Assembly (NCBI GenBank): GCA_965226495.1 | Contig: OZ245365.1 | Location: forward strand, 1,024,001-1,088,000 | Direction: 5' to 3' | Length of the DNA stretch: 64,000 bases | DNA from: Candidatus Marinacidobacterales bacterium | Lineage (GTDB): Bacteria > Acidobacteriota > Vicinamibacteria > Marinacidobacterales > DATDRI01 | Part shown: positions 18,410 through 28,038 of the stretch, piece by piece | How positions within the stretch are numbered: the stretch's first letter is position 1 | Layout of the letters: every line of letters starts with the position of its first letter | Notes under the pieces: model-generated | Database searches by the model: none | Told to the model about the DNA's origin: nothing | Seen by the model: only the letters and a program-made list of their open reading frames with translations | Program-made: the position numbers and the translations under genes

Positions 18410-21400
18410 TCACTCTTTCAACAAACGCCCTTTCCAAACCGCAAAGACGGCGGGATAGACCGTGAGCTCTAACAGAAACGAGGTGGTGAGCCCACCGACC
18501 ATGGGCGCGGCGATGCGGCTCATCACGTCCGCACCCGTGCCGGTACTCCACATGAGGGGTAGTAGGCCAATAAACGTTGTGAGCACCGTCATGAGCTTTG
18601 GCCGAATGCGCCTCGCTGCACCGTCGACGATGGCCTCTTCAAGATCTCCTGCGGTGCGCAGGCGACCTTCCTTCCGCCGCTTCTCGTGAGCGAGCTTCAG
18701 GTAGAGGAGCATCACGATACCCGTCTCGGCATCCAGGCCTCCTAATGCGATCATGCCCATCCAGACCGCCACACTGAGGTTATAGTCGAGGAGGTACAGC
18801 AACCACACCGCGCCGATGAGCGAGAACGGAACGGCCAACAACACGATGCCCACCTCGGTGGCTGACTTGGTGTTGAAGTAGATGAGGAAGACGACGATGA
18901 GCAGCGTCACCGGCACAACGAGCTTGAGCCGAGCTTTGGCCCGCTCGAAGTATTGGAACTGTCCTGCCCACTCGAGTCGATATCCAGCGGGCAAAGTGAT
19001 CTGCTCGGCCACCACCGTTCTCGCGTCGTCCACGTAATCGGCAATGCCACGGCCCGCAACATCCACGAAGACGAAACCGACAAGCTGGCCATCTTCGCTA
19101 CGGATCATCGGCGGGCCGTTCGTCATCTCCAGATCTGCCACCTGGCTAATTGGAATCCGTGCGCCCGTCGGAGTGGAGACCAAGATCCGTTTGAGCATCT
19201 CGAGATCGTCACGAAACTCGCGGGCGTAGCGAACGTTGATGGGATAACGCTCACGGCCCTCAACGGTCTGATCGATGTTGGTGCCGCCGATGGCCAACAT
19301 GATAACGTCCCCCACATCGCCCACCGTCAGGCCGTGCCGTGCGGCTTCCAAGCGGTTGATGTGAAAGTCGATGAAGTACCCACCTGTTACCCGTTCGGCA
19401 AAGGCGCTGCGGGTATTCGGTTTCGTCCGCGGATCGTCCAGGAGGACCCGCTCGATCTGGACGCCAACTTCCTCAATCGTCGCCAGGTCGGGTCCGAATA
19501 CCTTGATACCGAGGGCGCTGCGAATTCCGGTGGAAAGCATCTCAGTGCGTGTTTGAATCGGCATCCACCAAATGTTGGGCATGCCGGGGTAGCGCAGTGT
19601 CTGGTCCATCTCGGCGATGATGCCGTCCCAGGTCATTCCCGGCCGCCACTCCGATTTGGGCTTGAGCACGATCACGGTTTCGACCATCGATAGAGGCGCG
19701 GGATCGGTGGCGGTGCGGGCTCGACCGATTTTGCCGAATACCGACTGGACCTCGGGGAACTTCCGCAGCTCGCGGTTCATGGATTGCAGGACCGAAGAGG
19801 CCTCGGTAATGGACATGCCGGGGAGCGCCGTGGGCATGTAGAGGATGGTCCCTTCGTTCAGCGGGGGCATGAACTCGCTGCCCAGGCGGAAAAAGATGGG
19901 AACCGTGGTAACCATTGCGAGAATCGCAGCGATAATGACGAGGAATCGATGTCGGACCACCTGACGTACCACCGGCGTGTAAGCGGCAATGAGCCAGCGG
20001 TTGAGCGGGTTGGCCTCCTCGGCTCGGATGCGGCCTCGGACAAGAAGCACCGCGAGCGCCGGCGTTAATGTCACCGCCAGGAGGGCGGCAAAACCTATAG
20101 AGTAGGTCTTGGTGAAAGCCAAGGGGCTAAAGAGCCGCCCCTCGGTTACTTGCAACGTGAAGACCGGCAGGAAAGAAACCGTAATAACCAAGAGCGAAAA
20201 AAAGATGCTTGGTCCGACCTCCTTCATAGCGCCAATCACCACGTCGGTACGCCCACCCTGGCGCCCTCCCTCTTCCCACGCCGCGAGTTGGCGGTGGACG
20301 TTCTCGATGATGATGATCGAGGCGTCGACCATTGCGCCGATGGCCACCGCGATGCCGCCGAGGGACATGATGTTGGCAGTCAGGTTCTGCCCGAGCATCG
20401 GGATAAAAGCCAGCAGCACAGCCACTGGCAAGGTAATGATGGCGACTAGCGCCGAGCGGGCATGGAGGAGAAAGAGCGAGATAACCAAGCTGACCACGAT
20501 CATCTCCTCGATCAGCGTTTTGCGAAGCGTGTCGATGGCCCGCAAAATAAACTCGGAGCGATCGTATGTGATGACGAGTTCCACGCCTTCGGGGAGCGAA
20601 TGTTCGATTTCGGCAATTCGCTTCTTCACCGCATTTATGACCGAGAGCGCATTCTCGCCGTAGCGCATCACGACGATTCCCCCGACGGCTTCTCCCTCAC
20701 CGTTGAGCTCAGCTAGACCCCGTCGCATGTCCGGGCCCAGCTGCACCGTCGCCACCTCCCTCAGGAGGACGGGTACACCGCGGCCGCTGACTCGCAGCGG
20801 AATGTTCTCCAGATCCTCCGTCGACTGGATGTAGCCGCGGCCGCGGATGAAGTGCTCGTGCCCGGCGATCTCCAGCACCCGCCCCCCGACGTCATTATTG
20901 GAGCGGCGAACCGCCTTTACGACCTGATTTACGGAAATCCCGAAGGCAAGGAGCTTGTTGGGATCGAGGTTGACTTGGTACTGCTTGACGAAACCGCCGA
21001 CCGAGGCGACCTCGGCCACGCCCTCTACGCTCTCCAACCAGTAGCGGACGTACCAATCCTGTAGGGTGCGCAGATCAGATAGGTCGTTCTCACCGGTCTT
21101 GTCGACTAGGGCGTACTGGAAAACCCACCCCACCCCGGTCGCGTCCGGACCCAAGGTCGACGTGACGCCCTCGGGTAGCCTCCCCTGCGCGGTGTTCAAA
21201 TATTCGAGTACGCGGGACCGTGCCCAATAGATGTCCGTACCGTCCTCGAAGATGACGAAGATAAAGGAAAGGCCCATGAACGATTGACCGCGAACGAACT
21301 TGACATTCGGAGCCGCCAGTAGGGTCGTCGAGAGGGGATAGGTGATTTGATCCTCGACGAGGTCGGGGCTGCGCCCAGGCCATTCGGTGAAGACGATGAC

Positions 21401-21568
21401 CTGGGGGTCGGAAAGATCGGGGATGGCATCGAGGGGGATTTGACGAAGTGAGTAGTAACCCCATAGCGCAGCGACGGCAACTAGGAGAATCGTCAGAAAC
21501 GGATTCTTTGCCGAGGCGCCGATGAGCCGCTGAATAGCGCCCTCTGGCGCAGCGGCATCGCCTACCAT
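18410..21568 (-). CDS. cusA: CusA/SilA-type heavy-metal efflux RND permease
   Basis: PLDAIPDLSDPQVIVFTEWPG, DIYWARSRVLEYL, GPDATGVGWV, NIMSLGGIAVAIGAMVDA, EGRLFSPLAFTKT, GSEFMPPLNEG, RIRPKLMT. Confidence 0.95.
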   Translation of the reverse strand: MVGDAAAPEGAIQRLIGASAKNPFLTILLVAVAALWGYYSLRQIPLDAIPDLSDPQVIVFTEWPGRSPDLVEDQITYPLSTTLLAAPNVKFVRGQSFMGLSFIFVIFEDGTDIYWARSRVLEYLNTAQGRLPEGVTSTLGPDATGVGWVFQYALVDKTGENDLSDLRTLQDWYVRYWLESVEGVAEVASVGGFVKQYQVNLDPNKLLAFGISVNQVVKAVRRSNNDVGGRVLEIAGHEHFIRGRGYIQSTEDLENIPLRVSGRGVPVLLREVATVQLGPDMRRGLAELNGEGEAVGGIVVMRYGENALSVINAVKKRIAEIEHSLPEGVELVITYDRSEFILRAIDTLRKTLIEEMIVVSLVISLFLLHARSALVAIITLPVAVLLAFIPMLGQNLTANIMSLGGIAVAIGAMVDASIIIIENVHRQLAAWEEGGRQGGRTDVVIGAMKEVGPSIFFSLLVITVSFLPVFTLQVTEGRLFSPLAFTKTYSIGFAALLAVTLTPALAVLLVRGRIRAEEANPLNRWLIAAYTPVVRQVVRHRFLVIIAAILAMVTTVPIFFRLGSEFMPPLNEGTILYMPTALPGMSITEASSVLQSMNRELRKFPEVQSVFGKIGRARTATDPAPLSMVETVIVLKPKSEWRPGMTWDGIIAEMDQTLRYPGMPNIWWMPIQTRTEMLSTGIRSALGIKVFGPDLATIEEVGVQIERVLLDDPRTKPNTRSAFAERVTGGYFIDFHINRLEAARHGLTVGDVGDVIMLAIGGTNIDQTVEGRERYPINVRYAREFRDDLEMLKRILVSTPTGARIPISQVADLEMTNGPPMIRSEDGQLVGFVFVDVAGRGIADYVDDARTVVAEQITLPAGYRLEWAGQFQYFERAKARLKLVVPVTLLIVVFLIYFNTKSATEVGIVLLAVPFSLIGAVWLLYLLDYNLSVAVWMGMIALGGLDAETGIVMLLYLKLAHEKRRKEGRLRTAGDLEEAIVDGAARRIRPKLMTVLTTFIGLLPLMWSTGTGADVMSRIAAPMVGGLTTSFLLELTVYPAVFAVWKGRLLKE

Positions 21569-22932
21569 TTATCTACGCCTGCCTTGAGCTTGCTCTCGGC
21601 GGCAATGAGGAAGTTTCCTGAGGTCACCACAATGTCTCCCTCCCGCAGGCCGTCGAGCACCACGAATCCTTCCGAACCCTTTCGACCGAGCGTGATTTTT
21701 TGCGGTTGCAGGCGTCCTTCGCCACGGTCGATAAAGACCAGATTCGTCTTACCGGACATGAGCACGGCCCCCTCGGGCACTATGAGATGTTCCCCCTGCG
21801 GGATCTGTAGCTCCGCATTGACGTACATGTCGGGCTTTAACTTGCCGGAGGGGTTAGGAACTTCTATACGAATCCTCGCGGTGCGGCTCGCCGCTTCGAG
21901 GTACGGGTAGACGTAAGAGACTCTGCCCGAGAACGTTTCCCCGGGGAGATAGGACAGGCTTATGTGCGCCGCTTGACCAACTCGGACCAGGGGAATGTCG
22001 GCCTCGTAGATGTCGGCCGCGACCCAAACGGTCGAGAGATCAGCAATCCGATAGAGCAGCATTCCCGGCTCGACCGCGCTCCCATCGACCACATGCTTCT
22101 CAATAACCGTTCCGGTTACCGGCGAAAGAATAGGGACATATTCAGCTGCTTCCGCCCTTTCCGCGAGCTCGGCGATCTGGCTGTCGCTGAAGTTCCACAG
22201 CTGTAGGCGGCGCCGGGCAGCCTCAAGCAATGAACCACCCCTCCCTTGACCTTCTCGCCTGGTCTCCTCCAGAAACTCTTCTTGCGCCGACAGCAGCTCG
22301 GGACTGTAAATGGTAAAGAGGGGATGATCCTTTTGGACCGTGATACCCGTGTAATCGGCCAGGACTTTACCTACCCAGCCGCGAAACCTTAGCGTGATAT
22401 CGGTAAGTCGGTTCTCGGCGTAGGTGACCGATCCGACAGCGCGAACTTCCAGGACGAGATTTTTCCGTACCACCGGAGCGGTCTTCACGCCGATCAGTTG
22501 CCGCCGTCCGACGTCGACCACCACCGTCCCGGTTTCCACCTCCGCCCGCGTAACCGGGACAAGATCCATGGAACAGATCGGGCAAGTACCGGCGTCGGCC
22601 GAGCGAACGGACGGGTGCATGGAACAGCTGTAGTGCTCGATGCCGTCGACATCTCCAGCCTCTGCGCTGTCGACCTTCTCCTGAGCAACCGGGACAAGAT
22701 CCATGGAGCAAATCGGACAAGTGCCGGGGTCGTGCAAGCGAACCGACGGGTGCATCGAGCACGTGTACTCAATACCGTCGACATCTCCATTGTTCGCGCG
22801 GTCTGCCTCATGGGATCCCCCTCCAACCGCTGCCAACCAACCGGTCAGCTCGTTTCGGCAGAGCCAGCCGGCTCCGAGAACGAGCAGAGCAGCAACGCCG
22901 ACAGTAACCGTACGAACCCGTAACGCCTTCAT
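21562..22932 (-). CDS. cusB: CusB-type periplasmic adaptor with two heavy-metal-binding domains
   Basis: Two YxCSMHPSV...GTCPICSMDLVPV repeats; IYSPELLSAQEE, LKPDMYV, SGNFLIAAES. Confidence 0.92.
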   Translation of the reverse strand: MKALRVRTVTVGVAALLVLGAGWLCRNELTGWLAAVGGGSHEADRANNGDVDGIEYTCSMHPSVRLHDPGTCPICSMDLVPVAQEKVDSAEAGDVDGIEHYSCSMHPSVRSADAGTCPICSMDLVPVTRAEVETGTVVVDVGRRQLIGVKTAPVVRKNLVLEVRAVGSVTYAENRLTDITLRFRGWVGKVLADYTGITVQKDHPLFTIYSPELLSAQEEFLEETRREGQGRGGSLLEAARRRLQLWNFSDSQIAELAERAEAAEYVPILSPVTGTVIEKHVVDGSAVEPGMLLYRIADLSTVWVAADIYEADIPLVRVGQAAHISLSYLPGETFSGRVSYVYPYLEAASRTARIRIEVPNPSGKLKPDMYVNAELQIPQGEHLIVPEGAVLMSGKTNLVFIDRGEGRLQPQKITLGRKGSEGFVVLDGLREGDIVVTSGNFLIAAESKLKAGVDKW

Positions 22933-24321
22933 GGCAACTCCTCCACCGCTTCGAGGGGGAGCCCAACGGCTCCCTTGAGGTTGGCCAAGCCCTTATGGTA
23001 CTCCGCGAGGGCCTGATGGTAACTGAGCTCTGCGAGCATGAGTGTTTTCTCTGCCGTGATCAGAGCTAAGAAATCAATCGTGCTTGCTTCGTAGCCGGAG
23101 TGCGCCGCAGCGAGATTATCTTCAGCCGCCGGCACGATCGACGAAGAGTAGAGTCGTACCACATGCTCACTCTCCCGAACCTCGTCAAAGGCGCTGCTTA
23201 CTTCAAATAGAATCTGGGCCCGCTGGACTTCGAGGCGCGATTTTGTCTGCTCCTTAGCTCCCAGGCCCGAGCCTCACTAAGAGTCAGCCACGTCGATCGA
23301 GGGGGACGTTAACGCCAACTCCGACAAACGGCCGCAGTTTCTCCTCGTGCCAGAGTGCTGTTATAGCCTCCTGAGATGGTCAGGTTGGGGTAATACTCAC
23401 CGACGGGCCAGCTCGATGGAGGCGGCGCGCGCCATGGACTCTTGCCGTCAAGGCATGAAGTTCGGGCCGAGATCCTTAACGCTGCGTTAGTACAAAGACT
23501 CACGGGACGGATTCTCAAGGGAACTACCTCGAAGCAAGCTCGTTGAAAAAGGGGTGGCGGAAGGAAGGTCTGTGGAGAGACGTTCGAGCAAGGTATTGCA
23601 ATCGCGCCGTCGGTGACGGCACGCTTCCGCTCCAAGACAATCCCGTGGTGGATCCAAGGTTCTGTTGCGTCGACTTCTGCTTGCAGGGCATCCTGCTTCG
23701 GGACGAGCCCCGCCCCGTAGCGAGAATTGCGTAATGCGCTTGAACTCTTGGAGCAACTCCTGGTTGGCGCGGTAGCGAAATGATTTCTATGGCACGGTGG
23801 AAAAAGTAGTAATCGTAGAACGCTTGTTCAGTTGTCTGGATTAGCTGTAGGCGCCCCGCCTCGGTATCCTCGCTGACGGCTCGTGCTTCGCTCTTGGCCG
23901 CCTCGCCTTTTAGGCGGAGCTTACCCGGCCAGGGGAAAGTCTGAGACAACTCAAACCTTTGACCGAGGTCCAGACGGTCCACTCCTATGGTGGCGGGAGC
24001 AAGGCCATAAGAGAACACGGGATCATCGAGGGCGGACACTTGGGGGTAGCGGGAGCTCGCCGCGCGACAGGCACTTTCCATCGCTGCTAAGGTTGGATTT
24101 CGTCGCAGTACTTCTCGACGAAGTGCGTCAATTTCTAACTCTGATTGCCCTTGGAAGGGAGTCGTCTGTTTTGCTGGAGCGCCCGAAGTGTTTGCGGGAA
24201 AAGACAGGGAGGGCGCTGACTGACTGTGGTAGTAGTGGGACGCTCCGAGGCCACCCGCACTGACCCCGTTCACGAAAAGAAAAGACAACAATAGTGCCAG
24301 TCGGTTCAAGGGGCTCCACAT
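22929..24321 (-). pseudogene. TolC/CusC-type outer-membrane efflux factor, multiply frameshifted
   Basis: Intact N-part (RNPTLAA, LDDPVFSYG, SQTFPWPGKLRLKG) and C-part (LYSSSIVPAAEDNLAAAHSGYEA); several frame changes in 23160-23800. Confidence 0.8.
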
Positions 24322-24746
24322 CCGATTTCTCCCTTTTCTCTCTGTTCGAAAAAACGGTCTAACAAGATCGCCCGTGCTCATGACTAGAAAGGACGCCGAA
24401 GAAGGCTCTCCAGCTGAGGCAGGAAGCGCGAGGGCGAGAAAAGTCGTGATCGCGTGCTGTTCGATGGTCGGACGGTGGGCAAACAAGAGGGATGAGAAAC
24501 ATCACGTTGCTTCTCCGAAGTCGGGGCATACCGTAGCAGTAGCGGCATGTGCCCCCGCTGGCGTAAAGGGGCTCTTACCCTTGAGAATGGGTTGGTGCAA
24601 CTATCTCAGGCCAGCGAGAGTGTCACTTTACCATGAATCCGGAGGCCGACCGCTGACCAACGGTGGGTAGGGACTTGGCGAAGGGCGATCCGGAGTCGGC
24701 TCTCGCTGGCGTCGCGCAGTACGCGCTATGCACCGGGACCGGGTTA

Positions 24747-25160
24747 TTAGTCTGTTTGACTTTCTTCCGGGAGCTCAGATATCCATGTGCGCAGTCGGGG
24801 GTTCTCCGAGCTCTCGAGTATCTTGCTCAAGCTTTGTTTTAGCTCGCCGTCCGACTCTTTCTCCAAAGTGTCGCGCACTTCATCGTAGTTCTCGTCGAGC
24901 AACCTAAAGGCGGCCGCTTCGGCCTCGTGCCTGAGTGCTGGATCGTCGAGATAAGGGGCAACCACGTTGATAGCCTCAACCGACCACAGGTCTCCCAGCC
25001 CGGCGAGCACCATCCTCTTCTCACTGGGTTCGGTGGCGAGATCCATGGCGGTTAAGAACATATCAATGGACTCTCGGCTCGGCCGGCGGCTACGGATTCT
25101 CACCAGGTTGATATAACCTCGAAGCGCTAGGACCCGATTGGTTATTTCACTTGAGTTAAC
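24747..25160 (-). pseudogene. HEAT-repeat protein C-terminal fragment
   Basis: RVLALRGYINLV...EKRMVLAGLGDL..VEAINVVAPYLDDPALRHEAEAA; no convincing start, abuts the apbE 3' end. Confidence 0.5.
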
Positions 25161-26052
25161 CAAATCGAAGGACCTTCTCCGCATCCAGAGCTTCTTTGCG
25201 AATGACGATGGCCTTTCTATCACGATGGTCCTCGCAATACTGAAGAATCTCTTCGGGGGACATGATCATGAATGCTGTCGAGAGGGCATCGCCCTCGGCG
25301 GCGGTCGAAGTCATCGCCCAGGACGCCTGGGTCTCGGTGACCGGATAGGCCGTTCGGGGATCGACGATATGACGCCCCTTACGGATTCCGGAGCTGCTTA
25401 GGCCCTGGTGCTGTAGCCTTACGCGTTTGATACCGCGTCCGTCGCCCGAAGGATGTCGCAGCGTTGCTTCACAGCCTCCTTCCCCGGGCGGACCACCGAG
25501 GGCCAAGATCGAGCTTTGTCCGCCGTGAATCACCGCACAACCGATCTCCCATTCCTTCAAAACCTCGGCCATGCGATCCAAGGCATATCCTTTTCCATAA
25601 CCTCCCAGGTCGATGCTCATCCCTTCCGACCTTAACGTCACTGTGTGTTGCGCCCGGTCCAAGTGCACAAGGTGCATCCCCGTCGTCTTGTGAATGCGCG
25701 AGAGCTCTTCGTCCGGCGAGGTGTGTCGACCCCAGTACTCCAACAGCGGGCCGATGGTGACGTCGAACGCTCCTTTTGTATCGCTGCTCAAACGCGCACA
25801 GTGTTCTAGCGATTCGAATGCATCCAGGCCCACTCGAACCGGCTGGTCCATGCCGGCACGATTGATGCGGGAGACATCGCTGTTCTCGATGAAACGGCTC
25901 AAGTTCTGTTCGACTCGGTCGAGCTCCCGAAACGCTTCATGGGCACACTGTTCCGCATAGCGGGCGTCCTCGTGGATCAACGCGATCTCGAAAGCGGTCG
26001 CCATCGCCGGATGGGAAAACCGAATGGCGTTTTGCGGCTTCAGCAACATCAT
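25156..26052 (-). CDS. apbE: FAD:protein FMN transferase
   Basis: AMAT, LSRFIENSDVSRIN, GAFDVTIGPL, IDLGGYGKGYALD, HIVDPRT, DALSTAF. Confidence 0.9.
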   Translation of the reverse strand: MMLLKPQNAIRFSHPAMATAFEIALIHEDARYAEQCAHEAFRELDRVEQNLSRFIENSDVSRINRAGMDQPVRVGLDAFESLEHCARLSSDTKGAFDVTIGPLLEYWGRHTSPDEELSRIHKTTGMHLVHLDRAQHTVTLRSEGMSIDLGGYGKGYALDRMAEVLKEWEIGCAVIHGGQSSILALGGPPGEGGCEATLRHPSGDGRGIKRVRLQHQGLSSSGIRKGRHIVDPRTAYPVTETQASWAMTSTAAEGDALSTAFMIMSPEEILQYCEDHRDRKAIVIRKEALDAEKVLRFG

Positions 26053-26600
26053 CAGTTGATCCCTTCCGAGTGCGGCGGCAGACTTCGCTGATACCTATCC
26101 CAGAGCTCGGTGATAACGTAGCCGCGGACTTCTACCGTCGGTCGCAATGCGGTGTAGGAGTCGAAGAGCGGTACGTATAGATGTCTTTCACCGGGCGGCG
26201 GGAGCTCATGGAGCTTTGCTACGACGTCTGGCTCAACGCTCGCCGAGGCGATGATAACCGGGGCCGCCGGTACATCCATACTGACTTCACTCCACCATCC
26301 GGTGTTCGGAAAGGACCTCAAATACCAGGGCAGGGGCCAGTATTCGTGTTCCGGAGCAATCACTTCAATAAAGATGTTGTTTCCGTTCGGATGGGATTCC
26401 GCTACGCTTTGGACCCTCCGAGCAATCCGTATGACATCTTCGTTGGGATGGGCGTAGACATACGGATTGCCCGGGTCGGCGTAGTACTCATAGTTGGACA
26501 GGTAGGACTGTCGGGTGAGATGGATGCCGGCCGGGACGAGCACGACGACTACCGCAGCCTGAACGAACCGGCGTGAAGACAAGTGGAATGCGGCCGTCAC
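26052..26600 (-). pseudogene. C-terminal fragment of a TIGR03663/Agl23-like membrane glycosyltransferase-family protein
   Basis: DPGNPYVYAH and EYWPLPWYLR motifs; multi-TM N-terminal body absent. Confidence 0.6.
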
Positions 26601-26604
26601 ACCT

Positions 26605-26727
26605 ACGACGGACCGGCTCGAAGGGAGGGTCGAAAAACTTGTTCACGTGGCGCCAGGCGTTGCTGTGGGCACGGCCCATGAACTGGTAACTCATCATTGC
26701 AATGTTGAGCTTCTTCGTCATAGCCAT
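26605..26727 (-). pseudogene. N-terminal fragment of a Gfo/Idh/MocA oxidoreductase
   Basis: MTKKLNIAMMSYQFMGRAHSNAWRHVNKFFDPPFEPV, then similarity stops. Confidence 0.7.
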
Positions 26728-26870
26728 CCTCGCCGAATGAGGTCCAAAATATGTGGGTCGAGCGTCCTCGAGTCTAAGCCTATTGGCGAAGCTTCAATAA
26801 GCACTAGGATCGGCGACTGGATCTTCCCTGGCGAACGGCATAAAGTTATCCCAGCGAAAAATGGATCGAC

Positions 26871-28013
26871 ATGCCAAGGTTCTATATCGATAAGCTGTTT
26901 GTCTCCCTCGCGCCCGCTTTATTGCTTGGGTTCGCCGAACCCGCGACGGAAGGCGACAAGCTGAGCAAGAACGACAAGAAGTGGCTCGAGCAAGAGGTCG
27001 CCGCCTTCATAACCGTCGAGGAGGTCGAGATCTTCCATGACCTTTCTTCGAAAGACCGAGAGCTCTTTAGGGAGCTCTTCTGGGCCCGCCGGGATCCGGA
27101 TCCCAGGACACCCGACAACGAGTTCCGGGAGGAGCTGAAGAGGAGGATCAAGCGAGCGGACGAGGAGGGTCGCCTGCTGGAGCCTAACTACCGGTCCTAC
27201 ATAGGCGGTCGCACCAAGACGCTGCTCGGCGAGTTGCTCGACACCAAAATCGAAAACCCAGCGATACCCTTCGAAACGTGGGAATGCTTCTTCCAAGCAG
27301 AAGAGGGGAGTGTCTACGTCCCCACCCTGTTCGAGATTCAGGCGGACGCGTTGAGCTGGAACGAGGACACGGCCCAGGTGACGCTATTTGGGGCCGTCCA
27401 GAATTCCGAAGGTCTCGTCCTTCACCCCTTCGAGCAGGCAGTGGATCTCGTGAAGAACGAAGATGGGACCGTGAGCTATGAGTTGCCGCTCCAAGTAGCC
27501 TCGGGCGAGTACACATTCCACTTTGGAGTCCTCGACGACAAATCCAACGCTGTAGGGACCAAGGTCTTTCCCGTCGTTGTTCCAGCCTTTGGAGATACGC
27601 TGGGGCTGTCATCGGTGATCGTTTACAGTGAAGCCCGTCAGGTTGCGGATGTGGCCGGAACGCCGGGACACGCCTTTCAGTTCGGATCGACGCATCTGGT
27701 CCCCATCACGAGTGATACGCTCACGTACAAGACGAGCGACAACCTGGGGCTTTTTTACTTCGTTTACGGATATGGCGTCGATCAAGAGACTAGCCAGCCG
27801 GCCCTAACGGAACAATACGTCTTCTTCAAGGATGGGAAGCGATTGACTCAAACCGCGGTGCAGCCGCTTCCGGCTGACGACCGGAACGCCGTCGGCAACG
27901 TCGACATCGCCCTTTCCCATTTCGAGCCCGGAAATTACCGAGTCCAAATCAAAGTGATCGATCGGGTTAAGGAGGAAACGCTCACCCAGGAGCTCGAGTT
28001 CGCCCTAAACTAA
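26871..28013 (+). CDS. GWxTD-family protein lacking the GWxTD motif (apparent in-frame internal deletion)
   Basis: KWLEQEVAAFIT..E...F...FWARRDPDPRTPDNEFREE..RRIKRAD is the GWxTD domain N-half; the expected GWxTDRGR segment is missing; C-terminal Ig-like domains present. Confidence 0.7.
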   Translation: MPRFYIDKLFVSLAPALLLGFAEPATEGDKLSKNDKKWLEQEVAAFITVEEVEIFHDLSSKDRELFRELFWARRDPDPRTPDNEFREELKRRIKRADEEGRLLEPNYRSYIGGRTKTLLGELLDTKIENPAIPFETWECFFQAEEGSVYVPTLFEIQADALSWNEDTAQVTLFGAVQNSEGLVLHPFEQAVDLVKNEDGTVSYELPLQVASGEYTFHFGVLDDKSNAVGTKVFPVVVPAFGDTLGLSSVIVYSEARQVADVAGTPGHAFQFGSTHLVPITSDTLTYKTSDNLGLFYFVYGYGVDQETSQPALTEQYVFFKDGKRLTQTAVQPLPADDRNAVGNVDIALSHFEPGNYRVQIKVIDRVKEETLTQELEFALN

Positions 28014-28038
28014 TCGAACTCGACCGCAACGAGCAGCC

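Noticed and set aside
22550-22790. DNA direct repeat inside cusB
   Set aside because: Explained by two tandem heavy-metal-binding domains, which are common in this family
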